Source: Abditibacteriaceae bacterium (GTDB taxonomy: Bacteria > Armatimonadota > Abditibacteriia > Abditibacteriales > Abditibacteriaceae). From it: a stretch of 31,491 nt of DNA. The position numbers and the translations under genes are program-made. Location of the stretch: the NCBI GenBank assembly GCA_031372065.1, contig JANMKN010000219.1:1-31491 (forward strand), written 5' to 3'. Shown piece after piece: positions 9,593 through 18,917 of this stretch. The notes beneath the pieces were generated by a model. It searched no databases, had not been told where the DNA came from, and saw nothing but the letters and a program-made list of their open reading frames with translations. Position 1 is the stretch's first letter. Every line of letters begins with the position of its first letter.

Positions 9593-11359
9593 TTAAGGCT
9601 CACGCAGTTTAGCACGCGAATCTTCAAGTGTCTTTGCGCTTTTGGCTTGTGAGAACGGCATAATTTCAATACCGACCAAGCAAATATCATCTACAAACTG
9701 GCCGCCCGGTGACAAATGACGCGCTTGCGACAAAACTTCATCAAGCATCTGATCTACGGGTTGATGCAAGCGCATCGCGATGGCGTGGCGCAATTGTTCT
9801 TCTTCAAAAACCTCGTCATTGTCGCTTTCGATTTCCACGAGACCATCGGTGAAAAGAATCAACACATCGCCCGCATTCAACGGGCGACAAAAGGTTTGGT
9901 ATTGCACATCGGCAATAACGCCCAACGCTGGCCCCGGCTCGCTGTTGTCATAAAGCGGCAGCACAGGGCAGGTGGTTTCGTGGCTTTTGCCGCGATGAGC
10001 TTGAAATGGGCTGGGATGGCCGGCGCTGGCATAACGCAATTCTTGCTTTTCCACATCCGCCACCAAATAAACCGCAGAAGCAAAAAGCGGCGTTTTAGTG
10101 CGTTGCAAAATGGTGTGCAAGCTGCGATTGACTTCGGTGAGCAAACGCCCCGGATCGTGTGCTAATGGCATTAGTTCTTCGATTTGGCCGCGCACAATGG
10201 CGGTGACCAACGCCGAACGCACGCCATGTCCCATCACATCGCAGACAAAAGCGCCCGCTTGCGTTTCGGAAATCAATAATACATCCGAAAAATCGCCGCC
10301 CAAAGTAGAGGTCGGCGCATAGCGGTGATGAAAACGCAGCGCGCCTTCTGCGGGCGAGGGATTGCCCGGAAAACTGATATATTGCTGTGGCAAAAAGGCT
10401 TGCTGAATTTCTCGTGCGAGGTCTAAATCGGCTTCGATTTGCGCATTTTTGCGGCTTAGTTCGTCGTAAGCCTGTTGACGCTCGGCTTCAGCCAACGTGC
10501 GTCGCACATCGGCGCGGCAGAGTAAGCCGGCTGTCCAACTCGTGATGGTTGTAAATACGCCAATCGTCAGCAGCACAAAAAGCGAAAGGCGAAACTCAAC
10601 ATCGTAAAAACCAGCTTGCTGGCCTTTAAGACACAACCAGCCCAGCAAAGCAGGCACCGCGATAGCTGCTGGCACCAAACGCCGCGCTGTAAGATTACCG
10701 GTGCCCACACCGGTCAAAGTCGCCATCGGGCCGCGTTGCGGGCGCGCCATCAAGATGCCGCCCACCAAAAGCAAAAACGTCAGCGCGGTGTGCAGCGCCA
10801 TCGGAATATAAGTCCCGATGCCATAAAATGAACGCGTGCCATAAGCGTAGCCAATCAAGGCCAAAAGCGAGGCCATTGCCGCGCCGAAGGCACAAAACTG
10901 GGCCGGAAAATAACCGCGTTTTGTGCGTTGATCAAGCAAAAAAAGCGCGGCTCCGGTTAGCAAAAAGCAAATTGCCGTATTGGGCGCCATGCGGTTGGGC
11001 TGGCCGGTTACGTCATCTTCCAAACGCGAGGCAAATAAGAGCCTGTCCACGCTCATATCCATATGCAAACCCAGCGAAATCAGCTTCGAAAAAGCAACGC
11101 CCATCACCAATAAAACGCCCAATCGCGCCAGTATTAAGAAGCGCGTTTCACTTTCGGCGCGTTGCCCCAATAACGAAACGCCGCACAGCGCAAAGCACAC
11201 CGCAGTGACGGGGTTCATCGCCACCAGAGTTGGCACGATGCGCTTTAGCAATTCCACGTTGAGCAGCCAGCCCAGCAGCACCAAGGCTGCAATAAGCAAG
11301 GCGCCAAAACTGGCAACAACAGGAAGGCGATAAACGAACCTGGCCAAGATAGATTTCAT
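9593..11359 (-). CDS. Membrane-bound PP2C/SpoIIE (RsbU-like) serine phosphatase
   Basis: N-terminal multi-TM sensor (RMAPNTA, PMALHTALTF); LAREIQQAFLP, GGDF, DVMGHG, SAGHP, LFTDGLVE, DDI. TTG at 11446 is an alternative start. Confidence 0.9.
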   Translation of the reverse strand: MKSILARFVYRLPVVASFGALLIAALVLLGWLLNVELLKRIVPTLVAMNPVTAVCFALCGVSLLGQRAESETRFLILARLGVLLVMGVAFSKLISLGLHMDMSVDRLLFASRLEDDVTGQPNRMAPNTAICFLLTGAALFLLDQRTKRGYFPAQFCAFGAAMASLLALIGYAYGTRSFYGIGTYIPMALHTALTFLLLVGGILMARPQRGPMATLTGVGTGNLTARRLVPAAIAVPALLGWLCLKGQQAGFYDVEFRLSLFVLLTIGVFTTITSWTAGLLCRADVRRTLAEAERQQAYDELSRKNAQIEADLDLAREIQQAFLPQQYISFPGNPSPAEGALRFHHRYAPTSTLGGDFSDVLLISETQAGAFVCDVMGHGVRSALVTAIVRGQIEELMPLAHDPGRLLTEVNRSLHTILQRTKTPLFASAVYLVADVEKQELRYASAGHPSPFQAHRGKSHETTCPVLPLYDNSEPGPALGVIADVQYQTFCRPLNAGDVLILFTDGLVEIESDNDEVFEEEQLRHAIAMRLHQPVDQMLDEVLSQARHLSPGGQFVDDICLVGIEIMPFSQAKSAKTLEDSRAKLREP

Positions 11360-11511
11360 GAGCGTAAATATTACGACGCTGCGACATAATGCAACATAAA
11401 GAGATTGTAACTCTTTATCGTCCAAAAGCCCCACTGTTTTGGTCAAGCGTGAAAGAAAAGCGGCGCATTGTGAAATGTGCCGCCTTTTGGTCGAAGTATA
11501 AAAAAATCAGA

Positions 11512-12168
11512 TTAGGGAGAGGTTTCTGTTGGCTGCCACCAAGTGCCACTCATGGCATGAGGAACGGCGCAGGTCAGGCCGGGATCGGCATTGGAAATCC
11601 ATTTGACATGGCCATCGGTAAAAGTCATGTTCATCCCGTTGACGTGACGTGTCGGATCGGGGTCGAAACGCACATCCGTAAAATTCTTATTCCATGGCTG
11701 CGAGCGATCTACCGATTTAATTGTTTCGTTGAGCAAACAGGTGCGCGCGGGATAAATAATATCGGGTAAGGCGAAAATGTGTATGCCCGATAACCACACA
11801 CTGTAGCCATAATGCCAACCGGCGCGGTGCGCATTGGGACAAGCCTGACTCTGACCGCTTTTCAAGTAAGGAGCGATATCCGTTGACCAAGCGCGAATGG
11901 GCGGCCCCGCGCTGTAAGCGCGCGGCAAACTTTCATCGAAATCCTGCGCATATTGCAAAAAAGCAAGGCCCATCTGCTTGCAATTATTGATGCAACTCGC
12001 GTTTCGCGCGTTTTCGCGGGCGCGGGCGATAATCGGAAACAAAATCGCTGCCAGAAGCCCTAAAACGGCCACAACGACCAGCAATTCCATCAAAGTAAAG
12101 CCCTGCGTGAAGACGAAAATTCTGCCAGATAAGGGGCGTTTGTTAAAAATAAAAGGGACACGACACAT
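11512..12168 (-). CDS. DUF1559 / prepilin-type N-terminal cleavage-methylation and H-X9-DG domain protein
   Basis: GFTLMELLVVVAVLGLLAAILFPIIARARENARNASCINNCKQMGLAFLQYAQDFDE; HVNGMNMTFTDGHVKW. Confidence 0.93.
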   Translation of the reverse strand: MCRVPFIFNKRPLSGRIFVFTQGFTLMELLVVVAVLGLLAAILFPIIARARENARNASCINNCKQMGLAFLQYAQDFDESLPRAYSAGPPIRAWSTDIAPYLKSGQSQACPNAHRAGWHYGYSVWLSGIHIFALPDIIYPARTCLLNETIKSVDRSQPWNKNFTDVRFDPDPTRHVNGMNMTFTDGHVKWISNADPGLTCAVPHAMSGTWWQPTETSP

Positions 12169-12373
12169 TGTAAATCTCCAATAGACAAACGCCCTTGTGT
12201 CTTGTTAGTATTGGGCGGCATTAATGTAAGCGTAGTATGACCCAAGTTACAGTGACATTGCGAGTTTTATAGTGCCTCGCGTCTTGTGCGTGACAAAACA
12301 TCCACGTTCAGAAAAACCTTAATAGAAACTTAGAATCGCTAATTTTATGAAGCGTTCTTTGTTCTTGGTGTGT

Positions 12374-12418
12374 GTCAGCGCGTTCCTTAGCGGAAATTGC
12401 GATGACGAACGCGCTGAC
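12374..12418. repeat. Intergenic hairpin (12-bp perfect stem)
   Basis: GTCAGCGCGTTC (12374-12385) / GAACGCGCTGAC (12407-12418), downstream of dnaB. Confidence 0.5.
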
Positions 12419-12545
12419 GCGTCCACTCCGAGCGGACAAACTATCTTTTATAAAGCAACTCTTTTCAGACTGTTTCTAAGATTAATTGTCTCAACCAACG
12501 GGTCACTAAATAGTTGTGCCGCAAGATTGCCATTCACTTCGTAAT

Positions 12546-13985
12546 TTAATCGTAACCGTGGCCGCCTTCGCGCGCCAAATTGGTAAATCGCGCGAAATCG
12601 GGCTGAAAACCGAGGCGAATGGTGCCTACCGGCCCGTTGCGTTGCTTGCCGATGATAATTTCGGCGATGCCTTCATCGGGATCAGGCTCGGCAGAAACCG
12701 GCTGCTCGCCTTTTTTATACATTTTTTGCTTGTAATAACTGGGACGATAAATAAAGCCCACCAAATCCGCTTCGGCTTCAATGCTCCCCGACTCGCGTAA
12801 GTCCGACAAAATGGGCCGCTTGTCTTCGCGTTGTTCAACAGCGCGCGATAGCTGCGAAAGTGCAATGAGCGGCACTTTGAGTTCGCGCGCCATGCTTTTG
12901 AAAGAGCGCGCGATTTCCGAGATTTCCTGCACGCGATTTTCGTTTTTGCCCGCGAAATGCGCCAGTTGCAGGTAATCCACCACGATAAGGCCCAAATTGC
13001 CATGTTCGGCCATCAAACGGCGCGCTTTGGCGCGCATTTCAAAGGTGCTGGCACCGGGCGTGTCGTCAATAAAAATCGGCGCCTGATACAAATTGTTGAC
13101 AGCGTTGGTCACGCGATGCCAATCGGAATCCTGCAAATAACCGCGCCGCAAATCGCGCGAGTTAATCATCGCTTCCGAACAAATCAGGCGCTGCACCAAC
13201 TGTTCTTTCGACATTTCCAGCGAGAAAATCGCCACCGGCAAACGGTCGTGCAGTGCAATGTGATGCGCGATGTTCATCACAAGCGCGGTTTTTCCCATCG
13301 AAGGACGGGCAGCGATAATCAGCAAGTCGGTGGGTTGCAGGCCGGAAGTAATTTCGTCCAAATCGTAAAAGCCCGTTGAGATGCCGGTTGCTTCGCCTTT
13401 GCGCTGAAACTGGCGCTCAATTTGGTCGTAGGCGTGCATCAAAATCGGTTTTATCGGCGAAAAACCTTCTTTCATGCGCCGCGAACCGATTTCAAAGAGG
13501 CGTTTTTCGGATTTGTCAACTAATTCGTTGACATCATCCACTTCGCCATACGTCCAACCGGCGATTTCTTCTGTCGCGCGGATAATTTGGCGCAGCGTGC
13601 TTTTTTCGCCGACGGCTTTGGCGTAGGAATCCACATTCGCCGAACTGGGACAGGCTTCGATTAACGCAGTTAAATACGCCGCTCCGCCCACGTCGTCCAA
13701 CTGATTGCGGCGACGCAATTCTTCGACGATGGTAATAAGGTCAACCGGCTCGCCGCGATCAAAAAGCGTGAGCAGCGCGTTGAAAATCTTGCGGTGAATT
13801 TCGCGGTAAAAGTCGTCAGCGTTGAGAATTTCGACCACGCGGGCGATGGCATCTCTGTCCATCAGCATGGCGCCGAGCGTGGATTGCTCGCCTTCTAAGG
13901 TTTGCGGCGTGAGTCGTTCGCGCGAGACGGGCCGATTGCTGTGCGCGTCGCGTTGGGGGAAGGGAATGACAGATGCGTTGTTCAA
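12546..13985 (-). CDS. dnaB: Replicative DNA helicase
   Basis: AARPSMGKT Walker A, FSLEMSKEQL, VDYLQL, LSQLSRAVEQREDKRPILSDLRESGSIE, KQRNGPVG. TTG start with AGGAGG RBS; no intein. Confidence 0.98.
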   Translation of the reverse strand: MNNASVIPFPQRDAHSNRPVSRERLTPQTLEGEQSTLGAMLMDRDAIARVVEILNADDFYREIHRKIFNALLTLFDRGEPVDLITIVEELRRRNQLDDVGGAAYLTALIEACPSSANVDSYAKAVGEKSTLRQIIRATEEIAGWTYGEVDDVNELVDKSEKRLFEIGSRRMKEGFSPIKPILMHAYDQIERQFQRKGEATGISTGFYDLDEITSGLQPTDLLIIAARPSMGKTALVMNIAHHIALHDRLPVAIFSLEMSKEQLVQRLICSEAMINSRDLRRGYLQDSDWHRVTNAVNNLYQAPIFIDDTPGASTFEMRAKARRLMAEHGNLGLIVVDYLQLAHFAGKNENRVQEISEIARSFKSMARELKVPLIALSQLSRAVEQREDKRPILSDLRESGSIEAEADLVGFIYRPSYYKQKMYKKGEQPVSAEPDPDEGIAEIIIGKQRNGPVGTIRLGFQPDFARFTNLAREGGHGYD

Positions 13986-14057
13986 TTAACTTCCTCCTGA
14001 GAGCATTTCATGGTGTGGTGTAAGCGACGATTCAGCAACGATGCAGCAAACAGATAG

Positions 14058-14085
14058 AATTTAACCCGCTTTGGCCCGCTTGCAA
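14058..14085 (-). promoter_or_regulatory. Candidate sigma70 promoter for dnaB
   Basis: Minus strand TTGCAA-16 bp-TAAATT, ~70 bp upstream of the start. Confidence 0.35.
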
Positions 14086-14258
14086 ACTCCCGACAAGCGA
14101 AATCCGTTTTGCGTGGTAATGGCCCGTTCTCAATGGGATTGCTTATTTTAACCAGACATTAAGCGTGCGCCGAGAGGCTACGCCGAAAAATTCGCTCCAC
14201 TCGCTTATGAGCAAATTCTGAAAAAATGAAGTTTTCCCTAATGTTATCCATAGGATTT

Positions 14259-14996
14259 TCAGGTTAGGTCGCTTTGAAACACCTTGAGGTCAGGAAAACG
14301 CACGGCGGTTAGCACACCACAAGAAATCGTATCTAATCCGAAAGTATTGTTTTGAATGCACGGCCACGGATGACCAAATTCATCAATGACGGCATTGTCC
14401 CAATGCCCATAAGCGATAGGTTCTACGCCGTAGTAATCAGCGGGAAAACCACGCGCTCCCCAAATGAGGCGCTCTGTTTTTTGCGATTCAACTGCACCTC
14501 CGCCGGGATCAAGGCCACCGTGAGTGCAAACGACTTCGGCAGCGCGATAGTGAGGCTGTAAATCCTTAAAGAAATTCTGATGCGAGGTAGGCATGGCCTC
14601 AAAAAAGAGACCGTAAGACAAAGGAATTGCTTCAAAGAGTAACCGTTCACCAAGACTGCGAATTTCTTCCTCAATGCGCGTGGCGACCTGCACGGAATAA
14701 CTGGCGATTGTGGACAAACCTTCCATGCTCAACAGCCATGAATGGCGGGTGTAATCATGTTTGGTGCGCAGTAGCCATTGTTCGTGATTGCCCATTAATG
14801 TGACAACCTCAAAGTGCGCATTTTCGCGCAGGCGCACAAGATACTCAATGCAACCGCGACTCTCCGGCCCGCGATCAATGTAATCTCCTAAAAAAACTAA
14901 TGTGTCGTTACTGCAAAGTTCAGGCGCGATCTTTTTTATGAGAGAGCGCAGTTCGTTTAAATGACCATGTATGTCGCCAACCGCGATTGTTGCCAT
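14259..14996 (-). CDS. Calcineurin-like metallophosphoesterase (PrpA/PphA-like Ser/Thr phosphatase)
   Basis: GDIHG, FLGDYIDRGPES, LMGNHE, THGG, GHW, GLDT motifs; ATG at 14996 with GGTGGA RBS. Confidence 0.92.
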   Translation of the reverse strand: MATIAVGDIHGHLNELRSLIKKIAPELCSNDTLVFLGDYIDRGPESRGCIEYLVRLRENAHFEVVTLMGNHEQWLLRTKHDYTRHSWLLSMEGLSTIASYSVQVATRIEEEIRSLGERLLFEAIPLSYGLFFEAMPTSHQNFFKDLQPHYRAAEVVCTHGGLDPGGGAVESQKTERLIWGARGFPADYYGVEPIAYGHWDNAVIDEFGHPWPCIQNNTFGLDTISCGVLTAVRFPDLKVFQSDLT

Positions 14997-15012
14997 AATT
15001 TCCACCGACTGT

Positions 15013-15483
15013 TTAATGTAAATACAAACCGGCGGTTTTGAGTTTTTCTTTGTCGCCATCCACGATATTTCCTTGCGCATCGGCGTTGAAACTCAAAGTC
15101 AAAAGCACATCATGGCGTTTGTCATTAAAAACCAGTTTGAAAATGAAAGTTTTGAAGCCGGGCTTGTTTAATTCGCCCATATAAACCGCGCGGTAGCTTG
15201 TTGCCATGCGCTCGCCGAGCGATTCGTGCATTTGCTTGAACAAGATTTCGTCCACATTGGCGCGAAAAACCAGCGTCAAGCCAGCCACGAAACGGTTGTA
15301 ATCGGCGTTTTCGATGGCTAAAAGCAACTCGGTTAGCGACTCTTGCACCTTGGCGTCGGGCAGTTTCAAATCGAGAACTTCGATTTTCGGAGGCAAAGTG
15401 CGCGCGGCGCGTGGCGGCTGCGCCAAAACGTGCGCGACGACCAAGAAAAGTAAGAGTGCGGCGCCAAAAAGTGCTTTTTTCAT
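15013..15483 (-). CDS. Secreted hypothetical protein (paralog of 16036-16458)
   Basis: Signal peptide ending VLA-QPPR; aligns with the neighbouring pseudogene (PKIE, VQE, YxGxx, KLVFxDK). Confidence 0.8.
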   Translation of the reverse strand: MKKALFGAALLLFLVVAHVLAQPPRAARTLPPKIEVLDLKLPDAKVQESLTELLLAIENADYNRFVAGLTLVFRANVDEILFKQMHESLGERMATSYRAVYMGELNKPGFKTFIFKLVFNDKRHDVLLTLSFNADAQGNIVDGDKEKLKTAGLYLH

Positions 15484-15610
15484 AGGTTTTCGTTTTTAGT
15501 AGAACGCCAATTGCGCAAATTGGACGACCATTTTCGCAAATTTTTTGATTAGATAACCCAACTTGCTATCTATTTTACGCTAAATTTTCACGGTTTTGTC
15601 CAAAACCGCG

Positions 15611-15841
15611 CCCCAAATGGGAATTGGGAGACCGAACTTGGCGATTGGGGCGCGGAACATGAGAAGTTCGGCCCCGAACTCGGCAATTGGGGCGCGGAAC
15701 ATGAGAAGTTCGGCCTCCCAATTCCCCTGTGGGGTGCCGAACTTACCGTTTGGGAAGCCCCATTTGCCATGCGCCACGCAGAAGTTGGGATTTCCCAGAC
15801 GGCAACGGTGAATCAGGAAGCCCCTTTTGGCAAAGAGAACG
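15611..15841. repeat. Degenerate 21-bp-period tandem array containing a near-perfect 42-bp duplication
   Basis: 15632-15673 and 15674-15715 match at 40/42; about 11 units in 21-bp register, most beginning CCGAAC/CCCCA/CGGAAC. Confidence 0.75.
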
Positions 15842-16035
15842 CACGCAACGCCGCAAACAAACGGCCCGACTCCAAGGCGTGTATGGCGTGTATTGAATCG
15901 TTCGGCAGGACGGCTACTGAGAGTTGGACTCTTGGCTTAACTCCCACCAAATGGGTGACAACTTGGGTTAGACAGGAAAACATTCATCCAAAAATTTTCG
16001 TAAATTTGCGCGGTTTTGCGTAAGTTGCGTTCTAT

Positions 16036-16458
16036 TCAATGGATTTTGAAGCCGTCCATTTTGCCGTTTTTCCAACCGATTTCGCCCAGCCATTCGTCGC
16101 CTTTGTCGGCAAAAACCAATTTCCACATATAAACGGTGTAGTTTTCACGTTTGATGTCGCCAAAATAGGTGACGTTGTAGCCGTTTTGCAAACGCGGGGC
16201 GCGTTCTTTGACGATATTTTCGAACCACTCTTTTTTGAGGCCCGCTTTGAAATTTTCGGTGCCCAACAGCGCGAAATTGGCGACATCATCGGATTCTTGG
16301 GGTTCGAGAGCACCCTAAAGGTCTTCTTGCACCGCTTTTTCCGGCAAAACGCCGGGCGCCGCTTCGATTTTCGGCGCCGCATGAGGCCCGCGCGGTGGCT
16401 GCGCGAAGCAAACGGAACAAATCGTCCAAATCAACAGAAAAACAAAGCGAATTTTCAT
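16036..16458 (-). pseudogene. Secreted hypothetical protein interrupted by an in-frame TAG
   Basis: ATG 16458 MKIRFVFLLIWTICSVCFAQPPRG...VQEDL, TAG at 16317-16315, then in frame into the 76-aa ORF 16036..16266; full-length similarity to 15013..15483. Confidence 0.8.
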
Positions 16459-16470
16459 CACGCTCACCTG

Positions 16471-17412
16471 CTAACCACTCACTACATTTTCCATTTTCAC
16501 CACTTCAAAATCGCGGCCTTTGAGGCGTTTGAGAGTGTTTAAATCGTCGTCGTTCCACAGCGGGCTGCTGGCACCGGAAACAAACCAATCGCTGCCGTTG
16601 TCGGCCAAAATCATCCCATATTTTTTGAGGGCGCGCAAAATGACTTGCATTGGCGGCGCGAATTTCGAGATGTCGTAATCGGCTTTCAAGCGCACACGCA
16701 TTCCCATCGGCGGCAAATTTGGGTCTTTGCTTTCGCTGGCCCAGTGACGCGCCGGAAAAACATAAGAGCGACGCGTTTTTTTGCAAGTGAAACGCAAGGC
16801 GTGGCGGATTTCTTTCGTTTCAAAAACTTCATCGGCGCGCACCAAACCCGGAAAAATCGGCAATCCGGCGGCATCGGCGCTTGTCCAACCGGCGGGACGC
16901 ATAGCATTGCTTTTTAAATCGAAAATCGCGCCCGAACCGGCGCTCCATTGATTGTCTTTGAAGCGCGTTGAAAACAATTCGTAAAGTTTCCAATTGTCGC
17001 GGTCAACCATCAAAATATGGCGGTCACCATCGGATTCATCTCCACCTTCAATCGGCGGATTCGCGGGAATTGGATACGGCTCATTATCGCTTTCATCGGC
17101 GTATTGAAATTGCACCGGCACTTTGGCCTGCGCGCCGGAAACGGTCACATACGGAATGCCGTAATGCGGATTGTTGCCCCAATCGGGATGAAACGATTTG
17201 CCCTCGCCAATCGAAGCCACATAGTGCGCGGAATTCGCATCAATTGGCAAATGATCAATCGGCGTATTCCACGCGTTGTCATCGGGAAAAGGCCGCCAGC
17301 CGTGAAAACTGGCATTAACGCCCAGATCGGGCTTGATTTTTTCGTTGGGCGCGGCCTGCGAGAGCGCGATGCAAATGCCCACAGCGGCCACAGAAAATAA
17401 AACGCGTTTCAT
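16471..17412 (-). CDS. Conserved secreted hypothetical protein
   Basis: Signal peptide; FPDDNAWN, GIPY, GDRH, WKLYEL, GWTSADAAGLPIFPGLVR, HALRFT, ALKKYGMILADNGSDW. Confidence 0.85.
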   Translation of the reverse strand: MKRVLFSVAAVGICIALSQAAPNEKIKPDLGVNASFHGWRPFPDDNAWNTPIDHLPIDANSAHYVASIGEGKSFHPDWGNNPHYGIPYVTVSGAQAKVPVQFQYADESDNEPYPIPANPPIEGGDESDGDRHILMVDRDNWKLYELFSTRFKDNQWSAGSGAIFDLKSNAMRPAGWTSADAAGLPIFPGLVRADEVFETKEIRHALRFTCKKTRRSYVFPARHWASESKDPNLPPMGMRVRLKADYDISKFAPPMQVILRALKKYGMILADNGSDWFVSGASSPLWNDDDLNTLKRLKGRDFEVVKMENVVSG

Positions 17413-17427
17413 AAATATGCCTTAATC

Positions 17428-18813
17428 TCACTCTGGCTCGGCGCTGCCTTCTAAAATTAGACCGCGCGTGGCGGGGAACTTTTCATACCACAGCGCCAAA
17501 ACTTCGCGCAGATGGTCGGCGTAGCGAAAATGGGCGCCAGTTCCCGTTCGCAATTCCGCTTCGTAGATGAATTTGTCCGCTGTGGTGGTGTGTTCAAAAG
17601 GCAACTGCGTGCCCAGCAAAAACCAGTAAACATAAGACGGCTCGCCTTCGCGCAAAAGTTGCAAAGCGCGCTGGCTAAAGCGCTGCCCGATGCTTTCTAA
17701 ACCTTGCAAAGTTACGCGTGCGATTTTTTCGTTTTCAGGACATTGGTCAAGCGCCGCATAAAAGCCCTGTGGCACCAGCGGGCACCATTTGGTGCCGGTG
17801 CGATGCCGATTCAAATCGCGGATTTCGGCCAAGCCAACTGCCTGCCAGCCAAAGCGCACCGCTGTGCGCCGCAATTGCGCGCCCATCCACGCGTAACGGT
17901 TGTCATGAAATTTTAAGTCGGACGAAAAATCGCCCGCCTCAGAGGGCGCAAAAACCTCTAAAAACGCGCCGGAATCGGCTTCGGCAATCTCATTTACTTT
18001 CTCGGCTAAAGCGCGCGTTTGGGCGTCTTCGAGCGCCATGCCGTTTTGCATCGAATCTCTGGCGACGGCGTGTTTCAAAAGGCGCGGCGCGGCCAGTTCC
18101 AATTCCAATCGAATGGCTTCGCCGAGGTTTTGCGCTTCGCGTAGCGGATGCGACAAAAGGTGCTGGCACAAATTGACCCATGCGCGGGCCGACATCACCA
18201 GCATGACGTTGGTTGCCACCCCGACGGGCAGAAAATTGCGAGCGCGATCAAAGCCGTAATTGCGCCTCATGCGTGCCACGGCTTTGGCGGCTTTTTCGGA
18301 TTCGTCTTCAAGCAGCGATTTCGGAATACGCGCCACATTCGGCTCGCGCGCCGCGATGCCTTCCCACACTTCAACGGCTTGTTCGTAAGCCGCAAACGCC
18401 GCTTCGTTCAAAGCGCGCCATTCGTCGTGCAGATTTCCGGGAATCCCCAAAACATCGGGCGCGATGACGTTATCAATGGCTAAACGAATATAACGCGTGG
18501 ATGATTCCTGCCCACCCGCTGTCGGGCACAAAGTCCACACATGATACGCCAGCCATTGCGACAGGCCATCCATAAACATGGCAACCGGAGCCATGTCAGC
18601 TATGGATTGATGCCCGTAATCCATCATGCGAAATATAGAATCAACCGATTTATCGAGATTATCGGGGTCAATTTTCGATAGAATGGCTTGCAGACCTTCG
18701 TTGTTGCGCGAATAGCGCGCGCCACTGGCGGCGAGTAATTCCGGCGTGAGTGCGGGCCGCCCGGCAGCATCGGAAGCGGGCGTGGGGCGAAGGGCGACTT
18801 GAGTAACTTTCAT
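17428..18813 (-). CDS. thyX: FAD-dependent thymidylate synthase ThyX-like protein with tandem Thy1 domains
   Basis: ARYSR, DYGHQSIAD, QESSTRY, FDRARNFLP in the N-half; RDLNRHRT and YEAELRT...HFRY in the C-half. Confidence 0.7.
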   Translation of the reverse strand: MKVTQVALRPTPASDAAGRPALTPELLAASGARYSRNNEGLQAILSKIDPDNLDKSVDSIFRMMDYGHQSIADMAPVAMFMDGLSQWLAYHVWTLCPTAGGQESSTRYIRLAIDNVIAPDVLGIPGNLHDEWRALNEAAFAAYEQAVEVWEGIAAREPNVARIPKSLLEDESEKAAKAVARMRRNYGFDRARNFLPVGVATNVMLVMSARAWVNLCQHLLSHPLREAQNLGEAIRLELELAAPRLLKHAVARDSMQNGMALEDAQTRALAEKVNEIAEADSGAFLEVFAPSEAGDFSSDLKFHDNRYAWMGAQLRRTAVRFGWQAVGLAEIRDLNRHRTGTKWCPLVPQGFYAALDQCPENEKIARVTLQGLESIGQRFSQRALQLLREGEPSYVYWFLLGTQLPFEHTTTADKFIYEAELRTGTGAHFRYADHLREVLALWYEKFPATRGLILEGSAEPE

Positions 18814-18915
18814 CGGTGATCAGTGGGCAGTTTTCGGTGGTCAGTGTTCGCAGCAAAAGTAGAACGTGCTGCTTTGTCTACCACTAACCACTAACCACTG
18901 ACCACTAACCACCAA
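18814..18915. repeat. Heptamer tandem repeats in a divergent intergenic region
   Basis: CCACTAA CCACTAA CCACTGA CCACTAA CCACCAA at 18881-18915, with degenerate inverted units (CAGTGGG/CGGTGGT/CAGTGTT) at 18814-18848. Confidence 0.7.
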
Positions 18916-18917
18916 AA

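Noticed and set aside
14244..14252. DnaA-box-like TTATCCATA upstream of dnaB (possible oriC or DnaA control)
   Set aside because: Single box with one mismatch; no cluster and no dnaA nearby.
15580..16023. Short ORFs across the 21-bp array as real genes
   Set aside because: Open frames on both strands follow from the repeat periodicity; no convincing RBS or homology.
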